Shown: in pieces, positions 1 through 9,784 of the stretch
How the letters are laid out: each line of letters starts with the position of its first letter
Position numbering within the stretch: position 1 is the first letter of the stretch
NCBI GenBank assembly: GCA_963798915.1
Contig: CAWCVB010000014.1
Span: forward strand, 128,001-192,000
DNA: 64,000 nt
Direction of reading: 5' to 3'
Source: an uncultured Gemmatimonadales bacterium
GTDB taxonomy: Bacteria; Gemmatimonadota; Gemmatimonadetes; Gemmatimonadales; GWC2-71-9
Notes under the pieces: model-generated
The model's database searches: none
Told to the model about the DNA's origin: nothing
The model's input: only the letters and a program-made list of their open reading frames with translations
Made by a program: the position numbers and the translations under genes

Positions 1-338
1 TCGTCGAACAGTTTCCGGGTGCCGCCGTAGATCCACGCGCTCGAAATCAGGTGGTCGCCGGACCGGAGCACCGCCAGGTGGGCCAGCGCCGTGGCGCCCA
101 TGCCGCTGGAGACGAACAGCGAATCGTCGGCGCCCTCGAGCGCCGCGTACTTGCGGGCCAGACTCACCTGGTTGGGATTGTTTCCGTAGCGGGTGTAGAG
201 CACTTCTTCGGCACTGCCCACCGGGCTCGCGAAGGTCGAACTCTGCACGATGGCCGGCACGACCGGAGCCCAGTCCGGAAGGTGCGCGGGGGTGCCATGC
301 ACCGCGGTGGTGGACAGGCCGAGGCGGCGTGCGGTCAC
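1..338 (-). CDS. PLP-dependent Cys/Met metabolism enzyme (cystathionine gamma-synthase/methionine gamma-lyase family), partial, runs off window start
   Basis: Manual translation from GTG at 338 (GTGA overlap with upstream stop): VTARRLGLSTTAVHG...PAIVQSSTF...YTRYGNNP...AALEGA...SSGMGA...IYGGT, typical trans-sulfuration motifs. Confidence 0.85.
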   Translation of the reverse strand, partial: MTARRLGLSTTAVHGTPAHLPDWAPVVPAIVQSSTFASPVGSAEEVLYTRYGNNPNQVSLARKYAALEGADDSLFVSSGMGATALAHLAVLRSGDHLISSAWIYGGTRKLFD

Positions 339-877
339 TGGAACGGCAGGGGGAAGAAGGCGCCATGCTCGGCGCGCGCCAGCCGCCGCGTCGCCAGCGT
401 GGTGAGCGCCCGTTCGGCCCGGTCGAACGGCCACTTCAGGTCGGCCGCGAGCAGCGCCGGCGTGGTCGGGCCGGCGCTCACCACCGTGGTGAAGGCGACC
501 CGTGTGTCCTCGTCCACCCACCCGAGCAGGTCTGCGGCCGCGCCGTCTCCGCAGGGCACCGCTGCCACGGCGAGGCGGTGGTGGCGCAGCACATGATCGA
601 CTGCTTCCACCTGGTCCTGGCGCAGATTGCGGAGCACCACGTATCGCGCCGCGGCCCAGTTCCCCTGAAGAAACTTGGCGACGACCTCATCGGCGCAGCT
701 CAGGTCCAGCAGGTCCACCTCGGTGAAGTCGAGGAACACCGTGGCGCAGCTGCTGACCTCGATGGCGCGCTCGATGCTGTTGCGGACCGCCGCCCCGGTG
801 GGGCGGGTGACCAGGCACCGGGATTCACCCGAGGGTGACTCGCGAAGCAGGCGATGCAGGCGGATGGTCTGGATCAT
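335..877 (-). CDS. STAS-like domain protein with probable C-terminal winged helix
   Basis: VFLDFTEVDLLDLSCADEVV resembles the STAS/anti-anti-sigma strand-loop-helix. C-terminal TPALLAADLKWPFDRAERALTTLATRRL looks wHTH-like. Start and stop overlap both neighbours. Confidence 0.6.
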   Translation of the reverse strand: MIQTIRLHRLLRESPSGESRCLVTRPTGAAVRNSIERAIEVSSCATVFLDFTEVDLLDLSCADEVVAKFLQGNWAAARYVVLRNLRQDQVEAVDHVLRHHRLAVAAVPCGDGAAADLLGWVDEDTRVAFTTVVSAGPTTPALLAADLKWPFDRAERALTTLATRRLARAEHGAFFPLPFQ

Positions 878-1773
878 GATTCGGCTGCTCCGGGCGCCGG
901 AATGGTGATCTGCACCTGCGCCCCCGGGAAGAAGGGCAGGTGCTCCGCCAGTGGCTCATCGTCATCCCAGTCAGGGACAATCGAAAGCCGGGCGGTGCCG
1001 CTGCGGATGGAAATCTTGCCGTTCCACTGGTGAATGAACCGCTTGATGTACGCGAGGCCCTGGCCACGACCGGGATCGCGAAACCGGCTGACGTTCTGGA
1101 TCAGTGCGGCCTCGATGGCCGCGCCGTCCCCCCAACGTTCACCATATTGCCGGGCGTGGCTGGCCTCAAGCGAGTCCTGGAAGCCCACACCGCTGTCGCT
1201 GACAGCGATGACCACCACGCGCCGGCCGAGCCTGCGGCGCCAGCTGTAGCTCTGGGCCGCGACCCAGCCGGCGGTGCCGGCGTGCTCCACAATATTCTGA
1301 CATGCCTCCGAAAGCGCCATCCCGAAGCCGTAAGTCTCCTTGGGATTGATGCCCAGCTGCTCGACCAGGATGCGCGTGGCGTTGTCGGAGATGCCGCGGA
1401 CTGCCTCATGCACGTCCTTCATGGCCCGGATGGCGCGGATATCCAGCAGCGCGTCGGTGGCCCCGGTGGCCGCCCGGGGCACCTTGCCGTGGATCTCGAA
1501 CAGCCCTTCGGCATGCCCGAAGAACCCAGCCCGGGCCAGATAGCGCTTGACGTCGTCGCTCTGCGGCGCCGTGAACAGCGGCTGGGGTCGGCCGGCGTCG
1601 GCCAGGGCCTGCCCGGCCGTCAGCAGCCCGACCAGGCCATAGGGCGAGAACCATTGCGTCTGCCGTGCGTCGATCAGCAGGCGCTGTTCCGGTGGCCAGG
1701 TCCCGCAGGCCTCAGCGAACTGATCGAAGGTGCGGTCATCGAAACTGCCGGGCACCTGCACGACGCGCGTCAC
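874..1773 (-). CDS. Histidine-kinase-like ATPase (HATPase_c, RsbW/SpoIIAB-like) with N-terminal STAS-like domain
   Basis: N-box SEACQNIVEHA, G1 AVSDSGVG, G2 GRGQGL. N-terminal LLIDARQTQWFSPYGLVGL is STAS-like. No HisKA His box seen. Confidence 0.75.
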   Translation of the reverse strand: MTRVVQVPGSFDDRTFDQFAEACGTWPPEQRLLIDARQTQWFSPYGLVGLLTAGQALADAGRPQPLFTAPQSDDVKRYLARAGFFGHAEGLFEIHGKVPRAATGATDALLDIRAIRAMKDVHEAVRGISDNATRILVEQLGINPKETYGFGMALSEACQNIVEHAGTAGWVAAQSYSWRRRLGRRVVVIAVSDSGVGFQDSLEASHARQYGERWGDGAAIEAALIQNVSRFRDPGRGQGLAYIKRFIHQWNGKISIRSGTARLSIVPDWDDDEPLAEHLPFFPGAQVQITIPAPGAAES

Positions 1774-2714
1774 AGGCCCGCCAGCTCGCCGCGGAGTAGC
1801 GGCGCGAGGCGGCTGGCTCCCCGCAGTGCCGCATTCCGGGCGGCGAGCCGGTTGCCGTGCGCAATGGCGCTCTCGAGCGCGTCGCCAGCCAGCAGGCGCC
1901 CCATGGTCGCACCGCCCAGCACATCCCCGCAGCCGGTGGCATCCGCCAGCTCCACCTGGGGCGGGGCCAGCCGTGCGCTGCGGATGGCGCCGCCGGGCCC
2001 CGGACGCCCGAAGCCGTCAAAGCCGGGGTCGGCCACGTAGGCGACGCCGCGGGATCCCAGCGTTACCAACAGCGCCCTGGTGCCGCGCGCCAGCGCATGC
2101 GCCGCCACGCCAAATGGCTCATCCGAAAGCTGGCCCATTTCTTCCTCGTTCAGCTGGACGACATCGAAGCACTCGAACCATGAGGGTGCGTCAGGCAGCG
2201 GCTGGATCTGCCGCACGCCATCGTGGTGCATGCCGAGGAAGAGGCTGTGGAGATCCGCGTAGATCGGCTTCCGAAAGCCCTGCCGAAGGGCCTGCGCCGT
2301 CCCGAGGCAGAGTTCGAACCCCGAGATGAAATTGAGGTACAGGGCGTCGAGGTCAGCCACGAGCGGGCCCAGCTCCGGCCAGATCCAGCCGGGCACCCCG
2401 CCAGACATGCGCTCGCACCGACGCATGGACTGCTCATAATGAAGCTCGACCCGGTTGTTCGGCGCATCGACCTCGATCGGTCGGCTGCCAGGCGCGAGGT
2501 GCTCGATGGTCCGGAAGAGTTCGGCGGCCCGGCTGGCCAGGTCGCGTCCCACCTTGATCAGTGGAACGATCTGCCAATCCTCGCTGAGACTGGCGTCCAG
2601 CCCGGCCAGGGCGTAGGCGATCCCGCCCCACTCCTCGACCGGGGCGCCAGCGGGGTCCCGCCCATGAATGGTGTCCCACACCAGCGAGCCGATCACGCCG
2701 ACCCGGCGTGTCAT
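1770..2714 (-). CDS. PfkB/ribokinase-family carbohydrate kinase
   Basis: GSLVWD, WGGIAY, NEEE, VTLGSRG and the anion-hole motif DATGCGD. Confidence 0.85.
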   Translation of the reverse strand: MTRRVGVIGSLVWDTIHGRDPAGAPVEEWGGIAYALAGLDASLSEDWQIVPLIKVGRDLASRAAELFRTIEHLAPGSRPIEVDAPNNRVELHYEQSMRRCERMSGGVPGWIWPELGPLVADLDALYLNFISGFELCLGTAQALRQGFRKPIYADLHSLFLGMHHDGVRQIQPLPDAPSWFECFDVVQLNEEEMGQLSDEPFGVAAHALARGTRALLVTLGSRGVAYVADPGFDGFGRPGPGGAIRSARLAPPQVELADATGCGDVLGGATMGRLLAGDALESAIAHGNRLAARNAALRGASRLAPLLRGELAGL

Positions 2715-3685
2715 GGACGGCCGGCCTCCCGGTCAAGAAAGACGCGCGCCGCCCCGTAGACGCCCGGTGCGTCAAGCTGCTGCGCGACGATGCGCACGGC
2801 TTGCACCGCGGGCTTGAAGGCCCGGCGGGTGACTTCGCGCCGAAGTGGCACGAACAGCAGGTCACCGGCGCGGGTCACGCCGCCGCAGACCACCACGACT
2901 TCCGGATTGAAGACATTAACCAGGTTGGCCACGCCGGCGCCAAGGAACTGGGCGGTCTCGTGGACCAGCTCGCGGGCAAGCTCGTCGCCTTCATGCGCCG
3001 CATCGTAGACGGTTCGCGCCGTGATGCGCTCGGGATCCCCACCGGCCCGCTGGAGCAGGGTAGTTGCTTCGCCGGATTCGATGGCTTCCACTGCCCGCCG
3101 CGCGATGGCCAGCCCGGATGCGTACGCTTCGAGGCATCCATAGTTGCCGCAGGCGCAGTGCCGGCCGTTGGCTTCGATGGTCGTGTGGCCGATTTCCCCG
3201 GCGCACCCGGAGGCGCCGTGGTAGAGCTTGCCATCGACCATGATCCCGCCCCCGATCCCGGTGCCAATCGTAAAGCCGATCGCGTGGCGGGTGCCTTGCG
3301 CCGCTCCCTGCCACCATTCCCCGAGTACGGCGCAGTTGGCGTCGTTGTCGATGACGGTGGGAAGCTCGAGCGCCTCCTGCAGGCGGTCGCGAAGCGGGTA
3401 GTCCACCCAGCCGAGATTCGGGGTCAGCAGCACCACGCCGGTCTCGGTGTTGAGCGGACCGGGTGCACCGGCCCCCGCCCCGATGAACACCGCCTCGGGG
3501 TGCTCGCGCCGCGCATCCTGCAGGACCTCGCGCGCCGCGGCCACGATGCGCCGGAGGACGCCATCGGCGCCATCCTTCGGATCGGTGGGCGCCTCCCGGA
3601 ATGCCGAAGCGGCAGTGCCGTCGGCGGTGATGGCGCCAACCGTGAACGTGGTCCCGCCGATGTCAATGCCGAGCACCAGGCGCAC
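2711..3685 (-). CDS. ROK-family sugar kinase (glucokinase-like)
   Basis: GIDIGGT, DNDANCA, GTGIGGG, GEIGH and the zinc motif CACGNYGCLE. GTG start at 3685 with GGAGG RBS; the longer track ORF overlaps lepA. Confidence 0.9.
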   Translation of the reverse strand: MRLVLGIDIGGTTFTVGAITADGTAASAFREAPTDPKDGADGVLRRIVAAAREVLQDARREHPEAVFIGAGAGAPGPLNTETGVVLLTPNLGWVDYPLRDRLQEALELPTVIDNDANCAVLGEWWQGAAQGTRHAIGFTIGTGIGGGIMVDGKLYHGASGCAGEIGHTTIEANGRHCACGNYGCLEAYASGLAIARRAVEAIESGEATTLLQRAGGDPERITARTVYDAAHEGDELARELVHETAQFLGAGVANLVNVFNPEVVVVCGGVTRAGDLLFVPLRREVTRRAFKPAVQAVRIVAQQLDAPGVYGAARVFLDREAGRP

Positions 3686-3708
3686 GGCAGCCTCCGTAGG
3701 AACCGTGG

Positions 3709-5508
3709 TCAGTCCACCTGCAGGACGGCCAGGAAGGCCTCCTGCGGAATTTCGATCGCGCCGATCTGCTTCATCCGCTTCTTGCCCTCTTTCTGCTTTT
3801 CCAGAAGCTTGCGCTTGCGGCTGACATCGCCGCCGTAGCACTTGGCCAGCACATCCTTGCGAAAGGCGCTGATGGTCTCGCGCGCGATCACCTTGGTGCC
3901 GATCGTCGCCTGGATGGCAACGGCAAAAAGCTGGCGCGGGATGAGTTCCTTCAGCTTCTCCGCGACCTTGCGGCCCCACTCGTAGGCCTTGTCCTTGTGG
4001 ATGATCACGCTGAACGCGTCGATCTGGTCGCCATTGATGAGCATGTCCAGCTTGACCAGGTCGGCGGCCCGGTAGCCGGCCATCTCATAGTCAAGCGACG
4101 CATAGCCCTTGCTGAGCGACTTCAGCCGGTCGTAGAAGTCCAGGACGATTTCGCCCAGGGGAAACTCGAAATCAAACTCGACGCGCGAGGTATCAATGTA
4201 GTGCATTCCATTGTACACACCGCGGCGTTCCTGACCCAGCTTCATGATGCCGCCGATATACTCGGCGGGGGCCATGATACGCGCCTTGACATAGGGCTCC
4301 TCGATCCGCTGGATCTCGGAGGGATCGGGCAGCTCGGTGGGATTGTCCAGGATGGCTTCGGTCCCATCGGTGCGGAAGACGTGGTACTCGACCGTGGGAA
4401 CGGTGGTGATGAGATTCAGGTCGAATTCGCGTTCCAGTCGTTCCTGGACGATGTCGAGATGCAGCAGCCCGAGGAACCCGCACCGGAAGCCGAAGCCGAG
4501 CGCGGTCGATGACTCGGGCAGGTACTGGAGCGAGCCGTCGTTCAGCCGCAATTTCTCCAGTGCATCCCGAAGCGATTCGTACTGGTCCGAGTCGGTGGGA
4601 TAGATGCCCGCGAAGACCATGGACTTCACGTCGCGATACCCGGGCAGGAGTGCCGTGGCAGGACGGGCAGCGTCGATGACCGTGTCGCCGACCCGCGCAT
4701 CGCGCACATCCTTGAGGCTCGCTGCCAGGTAGCCGACCTCGCCCGCCTCGAGGCGCTCGGTGCTGCGCTGGCCCAGCTGCATGTAGCCCACGTCGTCCAC
4801 CACGTGAGGCTCGTCCGGGTTGGACCCGAAGGCAATCGTCATCCCCGGGGCCACGGTGCCGTCCACCACCCGGATGCTGGGAATCGCGCCGCGATACCGG
4901 TCAAAATACGAGTCGAAGACCAGGGCCCGGAGCGGGGCATCAGGATCGCCGGCGGGCGGCGGTACCCGACGCACGATTTCCTCCAGCAGGGCCGGCACGC
5001 CCGTGCCTTCCTTGGCCGATACCGACAGGATCTCGTCGCGGGTGGAGCCGATGAGGTCCATGATCTCCTGCGCCCGTCGCTCGGGCTCCGCACCGGGCAG
5101 GTCGATCTTGTTGAGGACCGGAATGATTTCCAGTCCGGCGTCCATGGCGAGGAAGAGGTTGGAGAGGGTCTGGGCCTGGATGCCCTGCGAGGCGTCCACC
5201 ACCAGGATGGCGCCTTCGCACGCGGCCAGTGATCGCGAGACCTCGTAGGTGAAGTCCACGTGCCCGGGCGTGTCGATGAGGTTGAGCTCATATTCCTGTG
5301 CGTCGGCGCCCCGGTAGCTCATCCGCACCGCGTTCAGCTTGATGGTGATGCCCCGTTCGCGCTCGAGGTCCATCGTGTCCAGCAGCTGTTCGCGCATCTG
5401 GCGCTTCTCCACCGCGCCGGTGGCCTCGATGAGGCGGTCAGCCAGCGTGCTCTTGCCGTGGTCAATGTGCGCTACGATGCAGAAATTGCGGATACGGTTC
5501 TGTCGCAT
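3709..5508 (-). CDS. lepA: Translation elongation factor 4 (LepA)
   Basis: [64 protein letters not shown]; 599 aa. Confidence 0.99.
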   Translation of the reverse strand: MRQNRIRNFCIVAHIDHGKSTLADRLIEATGAVEKRQMREQLLDTMDLERERGITIKLNAVRMSYRGADAQEYELNLIDTPGHVDFTYEVSRSLAACEGAILVVDASQGIQAQTLSNLFLAMDAGLEIIPVLNKIDLPGAEPERRAQEIMDLIGSTRDEILSVSAKEGTGVPALLEEIVRRVPPPAGDPDAPLRALVFDSYFDRYRGAIPSIRVVDGTVAPGMTIAFGSNPDEPHVVDDVGYMQLGQRSTERLEAGEVGYLAASLKDVRDARVGDTVIDAARPATALLPGYRDVKSMVFAGIYPTDSDQYESLRDALEKLRLNDGSLQYLPESSTALGFGFRCGFLGLLHLDIVQERLEREFDLNLITTVPTVEYHVFRTDGTEAILDNPTELPDPSEIQRIEEPYVKARIMAPAEYIGGIMKLGQERRGVYNGMHYIDTSRVEFDFEFPLGEIVLDFYDRLKSLSKGYASLDYEMAGYRAADLVKLDMLINGDQIDAFSVIIHKDKAYEWGRKVAEKLKELIPRQLFAVAIQATIGTKVIARETISAFRKDVLAKCYGGDVSRKRKLLEKQKEGKKRMKQIGAIEIPQEAFLAVLQVD

Positions 5509-5560
5509 GGCGGGAATATAAGAGGGCGGCTACTCCGGTGACGCCGCTATCTTCCGCGCC

Positions 5561-6502
5561 ATGACCGGCCCGCCCTCGCGCCGCACCGCGGTGCTCCTGA
5601 TGCTGCTTGTGGTGCTCATCTGGGGCCTCAATGTGACCATCACCAAGTGGACGTTGGCGGAATTTTCGCCGCTGGCGTTCACCGGCATCCGCTTCCTGCT
5701 GGCCTCAGGACTGCTGATGCTGGTCCTCTACCGGCGGGAAGGATCACTTCGGCTTCCGCCCGGGGCCTTCTGGCCTGTCGTCGGACTCGGGCTGGTGGGG
5801 AACTCCATCTACCAGCTCGGCTTCATTTTCGGGCTGGCGAACACCACCGCCACCAACAGCGGCCTGGTGCTGGCCAGCATGCCGGCCATGGTGGCCGGGC
5901 TCGGTGCCATGCTTCGGATCGAGCATCTCACCCGGCATGCCGCCGAGGGACTGGCGCTCGCCAGCGTCGGCGTGGTGCTGGTGATCGCATCGCACGGCAT
6001 CGGCTTCAGCGGCACCACCATGCTGGGCGACCTGCTGACCTTCGGAGCCGTGATGTGCTGGGCGGTCTTTACGCTGGGGCTGCGACGGCAGTCCCTGCCG
6101 CTGTCGTCGCTTGCCATCACCGCGTGGACGGTGCTTGCCGGTACCATTCCGTTGTTTCTGGCAGCCATTCCGTCCCTGCTTGCCATGAACTGGAGCCGGA
6201 CGACACCGACTGGCTGGGGCGGGGTGCTCTACTCGAGCGGCTTTTCACTTGTGCTGGCGTACATTATCTGGAACCGGAGCATCAGGGTGGTGGGGTCCAA
6301 CCGCACCGCCATCTTCGCCTGCCTGACACCGGTCGTGGCGATGCTCACGGCTATGCTGATGCTGGGCGAGCGGCCCGGGCCGGCCCAGCTCGCGGGCGGC
6401 GCGCTGGTCATCGCCGGTGTGCTGCTCAGCCAGCGCACCGGTCCCTTGCCCGGCACCGGGGCGCACACCGCGACCTTCAACGTTCAGGAATCCGACGCAT
6501 GA
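5561..6502 (+). CDS. DMT/EamA family transporter
   Basis: About 10 hydrophobic segments; IWGLN, RFLLA and LGER motifs in two EamA repeats. Confidence 0.9.
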   Translation: MTGPPSRRTAVLLMLLVVLIWGLNVTITKWTLAEFSPLAFTGIRFLLASGLLMLVLYRREGSLRLPPGAFWPVVGLGLVGNSIYQLGFIFGLANTTATNSGLVLASMPAMVAGLGAMLRIEHLTRHAAEGLALASVGVVLVIASHGIGFSGTTMLGDLLTFGAVMCWAVFTLGLRRQSLPLSSLAITAWTVLAGTIPLFLAAIPSLLAMNWSRTTPTGWGGVLYSSGFSLVLAYIIWNRSIRVVGSNRTAIFACLTPVVAMLTAMLMLGERPGPAQLAGGALVIAGVLLSQRTGPLPGTGAHTATFNVQESDA

Positions 6503-6846
6503 CCCAATCCCTCGCCGAATTCAACCAGTTCCGCGACGAGATGAACGCGCTCATTCTCGGCGCAGGCAACCTGACGGTCAACCGCTTCTTTGCGCTGGAT
6601 GGCACGTGCTACGAGGAGGGCGCCCTCGGGGCCAGGACCAAGGAGATGCTCGGCCTGGTCGCCTCGCTGGTACTGCGGTGCGACGACTGCATCACCTACC
6701 ACATCGTCAAGTGCCGGGAGGCCGGTGCCACGAAGGCTGAACTGATGGAAGTCTTTGCCGTCGGGCTGGTGGTCGGTGGCAGCATCGTCATTCCCCATCT
6801 GCGACGGGCCATGGCACGGTTGGAGGGCCTCTCAGGCCCCCCTTGA
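6499..6846 (+). CDS. Carboxymuconolactone decarboxylase/AhpD-family protein
   Basis: ATG at 6499 overlaps the EamA stop; KEMLGLVASLVLRCDDCITYH carries the CxxC-H motif. Confidence 0.88.
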   Translation: MTQSLAEFNQFRDEMNALILGAGNLTVNRFFALDGTCYEEGALGARTKEMLGLVASLVLRCDDCITYHIVKCREAGATKAELMEVFAVGLVVGGSIVIPHLRRAMARLEGLSGPP

Positions 6847-7290
6847 CGGCTCCCGGCCCAGGCGGGATGTTATGCCGGCTGCGCATACCACCGCGTGGCT
6901 GGATCTCCCTTTCGGGATCACTAAGACATACCGGCGCAAGGCCGGACACGTTGTCCCGCGGCCTCACTTGAGGCGGCGGGTCTGACCAGCGGGCCGCAGG
7001 TTGAGCTGTGGGCGCGAACTGGCGTCGAGCATGTACCCCTTGGCATGCGCGATCGCACAGACTGGGCCGTCCATCAGGCCACCGAACGTGGCCGCTCTCC
7101 CCGATGATTGGGGCGAATGGCTGCGCGCGGGTCCGTTTGGGGAGTTGACGCAAGCCGATCGGGCACCCGGAGTCCTGCACCGGGCTTGCGAGACGCAGGT
7201 ACTCGTGTCTCCTGGCGGCGCGATGGGTGGCGACGGTTTCGGCCTGCGGGCTGGCTGACGTCACCGGCCGTGCCCCCTGGATGCACACGT

Positions 7291-7374
7291 GTTCCCGACA
7301 AAGGCACCCCGGCTGCGAAGCCGGTCCGCAAAGCCCGAGCGTCACCCCCGACGCCGTCCGGCTGCCGAAGGAAC
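7291..7374 (+). promoter_or_regulatory. c-di-GMP-I (GEMM-I)-like riboswitch
   Basis: GTTCC-CGACAAAGGCA...CCGGCT-GCGA-AGCCGG-TCCGCAAAGCC...GCGTC/GACGC...GGCTGCCGAA-GGAAC. Has a GNRA-capped P2, GCAAAGCC junction, terminal TGCCG and closing GTTCC/GGAAC. Spacing matches the Vc2 aptamer. Ends 26 nt before the downstream start codon. Confidence 0.72.
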
Positions 7375-7400
7375 GCCTTCAATCCAGTGGGAGGTGTTCT

Positions 7401-9710
7401 GTGCAACGTCATAGATGGTCGAGATTCCGCAGTACCGCACGACCGGCGGCGAAGTCGCTGGCGTGTACCTTCCTGGCGGCAGTACTGGTGATTGGCATGA
7501 GCTCGTGCGCAAGCGACGGTCCCACGCAACCTGCGACCGTCGGAACCCCACTTCCGACCGGAGGCAATACGCCCGCCTTCGGTGTCGTGGATCCGGCCAA
7601 CGGCAGCGGTGAGTGCATGGCCAACGACGCCGTGAGCTATGCCTCACTGGTGGACGGCGTCGCGTCCGGCGACGACCCGGTCGGGCTGCTCAACTGCACC
7701 GCCAACGATATCTACATCGCCACGGCGGTGGTCACCGAAGTGTTCGATCCCACGGCCAACGGTGGCGTGGGCGCCTTTGTCGCATTTGACGCCGAAAATC
7801 CGCCCCACTGTACCGAGGGCGAGAACGTCACCTTCAGGATGACGGCCCAGCTGGCCCAGAATGCCAACTCCGAGCGCCAGGATATCGGTGTCTGGATCGC
7901 GACCGACGGCGGCGACGCTGAGACGGGCGAGTGCAACCACTACAACCTGATCCCCGGAGCCGAGGGCACGACCAACACTGACGGAGACCAGTGCGGTGGC
8001 ATGGCCGAAGCGGCCACCACGTCGCTGGACCTCGGCACGCTCGAAGTGCCCTGCAATCCTGACCCGGTCACCAACAACCTGACCATCGGCGCCTGCCTCT
8101 CCTGGAAGGTTCCGAGTGATGATCAGGTCTGCTCCGACAATTCCGATGGCTCGGGCACCTCGGGTGAGCCGACCGACTTCCGTGCCGGCACCCTGCCGAG
8201 CAACAAGTCCAAGTGCAATTGCGACGGCTTCGACGTGCCGATCGTGGTGGACAAGCATGCGACCATCGAGGTCAAGAAGCAGTGTCCTGCTGGAACCACC
8301 GGCACCTTCGACCTCAAGATTGACGGCGTGGTCGAGAAGGACGATGCCGCCTGCGGCGAGACGACCGGGGCCGTGACCGTGGGAGCCGGCACCAGCGTCG
8401 ACCCGGGTGCCGATCACACCGTGGCCGAGGACGGCTTCACGACCGCGAACTACACCAGCAGTTATGCCTGCACCAAGAACGGCGATCCGTACGTCAGCTC
8501 CACAGCGGGGACCGGACCAAAGACGGTGCATGTGGATCCGGACGACGCCGTGGTCTGCACTTTCACCAACGAAGCGATCACGGTGGACGTCACCAAGGAC
8601 GCCACGCCTACGTTCCGCCGCTCGTACGCCTGGACGCTCGACAAGAGCACCAGCCCGACCGCCTTCGAACTCGATCCCGGCGAGGTCTACAGCCAGGACT
8701 ACTCCGTGGCGGTATCGCTCAGCGGAACGACAGACGACAACTGGGCGGTGACCGGCAATATTCACGTGCACAACCCCACGTCCCATACCGTGAACCTGGC
8801 CAGTGTCACCGACGCCATTGCCGGAAGTGGTTCGGCCACCGTGGACTGCGGCGTCACCTTCCCGTACGATCTGGCCGCCGGCGCCACGCTGGACTGCACC
8901 TACTCGTCCTCCCTGGCGGACGGCAGCACCCGGCTCAACACCGCCAGTGCTACCATTACCGGCATTGCCACTCCGTTCACCGGTACGGCGAGCATCAACT
9001 TCGGCTCGGTCACGCCCTCACTGGTGGACAACTGCATCGCCGTGAAGGATGAAGGGGATCTTGGCAACACCGATCCACTGGGCACCGTGTGCGCCTCTGG
9101 CACACCGACGCCATCGGGCGGCTTCACCGCACCGAAGACCTTCAGCTATTCGTGGCCGGTACCGACGGGTGTGGCACAGTGCGGGATGAACACCTACAAC
9201 AACACCGCAACTGGCACCACCAACACCACCAGCACGGTGCTGACTGACCCGGCGAGCATTACGGTCACGATCAATTGCGGCGTCGGGTGTACCCTGACCC
9301 AGGGCTACTGGAAGACCCACAATGACCTGTTCCAGGGCGGTGCGCCGTCCGATCCCGACTGGTCATCGGTGGGTGGGCCGGACGCCGCCTTCTTCATCAG
9401 CGGCCAGACCTGGTTCCAGGTCTTCTGGACCAGCCCGAAGGGCAATGCGTACTACAACCTTGCCCATCAGTACATGGCTGCCGTGCTCAATGGCGTGGAT
9501 AACGACCCAACCCCGCCGGCAGACGTGCAGCAGGCCCTGGCCGATGCGGCAACGCTCTTCAGCACCTACACCCCGGCTCAGATCGGCGCGCTCAAGGGCA
9601 ACAACTCGCTCCGCGCGCAGTTCATCACCCTTGCCGGAATTCTCGGGAACTACAACGAGGGCAACGACGGCGTGCCGCACTGCGCCGAGAACCAGCTCAC
9701 GTTGAACTGA
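7401..9710 (+). CDS. Large Cys-rich surface lipoprotein with Ig/prealbumin(SpaA)-like domains and a C-terminal TQGYWKTH domain
   Basis: GTG at 7401 after GGGAGG. Signal peptide ends LVIGMSS-C. Thr/Asp/Gly-rich beta domains, IEVKK...CTFTN module, about 22 further Cys by my count. Confidence 0.8.
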   Translation: MQRHRWSRFRSTARPAAKSLACTFLAAVLVIGMSSCASDGPTQPATVGTPLPTGGNTPAFGVVDPANGSGECMANDAVSYASLVDGVASGDDPVGLLNCTANDIYIATAVVTEVFDPTANGGVGAFVAFDAENPPHCTEGENVTFRMTAQLAQNANSERQDIGVWIATDGGDAETGECNHYNLIPGAEGTTNTDGDQCGGMAEAATTSLDLGTLEVPCNPDPVTNNLTIGACLSWKVPSDDQVCSDNSDGSGTSGEPTDFRAGTLPSNKSKCNCDGFDVPIVVDKHATIEVKKQCPAGTTGTFDLKIDGVVEKDDAACGETTGAVTVGAGTSVDPGADHTVAEDGFTTANYTSSYACTKNGDPYVSSTAGTGPKTVHVDPDDAVVCTFTNEAITVDVTKDATPTFRRSYAWTLDKSTSPTAFELDPGEVYSQDYSVAVSLSGTTDDNWAVTGNIHVHNPTSHTVNLASVTDAIAGSGSATVDCGVTFPYDLAAGATLDCTYSSSLADGSTRLNTASATITGIATPFTGTASINFGSVTPSLVDNCIAVKDEGDLGNTDPLGTVCASGTPTPSGGFTAPKTFSYSWPVPTGVAQCGMNTYNNTATGTTNTTSTVLTDPASITVTINCGVGCTLTQGYWKTHNDLFQGGAPSDPDWSSVGGPDAAFFISGQTWFQVFWTSPKGNAYYNLAHQYMAAVLNGVDNDPTPPADVQQALADAATLFSTYTPAQIGALKGNNSLRAQFITLAGILGNYNEGNDGVPHCAENQLTLN

Positions 9711-9725
9711 ACGGCAACCCTCAAC

Positions 9726-9753
9726 CGGGCGGGCCTCGCAAGGGGCCCGTCCG
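9726..9753 (+). terminator. GC-rich hairpin after surface-protein gene (terminator or stabiliser)
   Basis: CGGGCGGGCCTC-GCAA-GGGGCCCGTCCG, 12-bp stem with G-U pairs; no U-tract. Confidence 0.5.
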
Positions 9754-9784
9754 AACCCCCTGACCTGCACTGCGGAAGGCAACA

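Noticed and set aside
2711..3979. Long N-terminal extensions in track ORFs (ROK, CMD, typA, CDF, surface protein)
   Set aside because: The extensions overlap neighbouring genes or the riboswitch, and better starts with an RBS or start/stop coupling exist downstream.
6828..6839. 12-bp match CCTCTCAGGCCC to the tRNA-Ile 3' end (38144-38155), a possible att site
   Set aside because: It lies inside a CDS end, upstream of the tRNA, with core genes (mfd, surA, pdxA, typA) between and no integrase; most likely chance.
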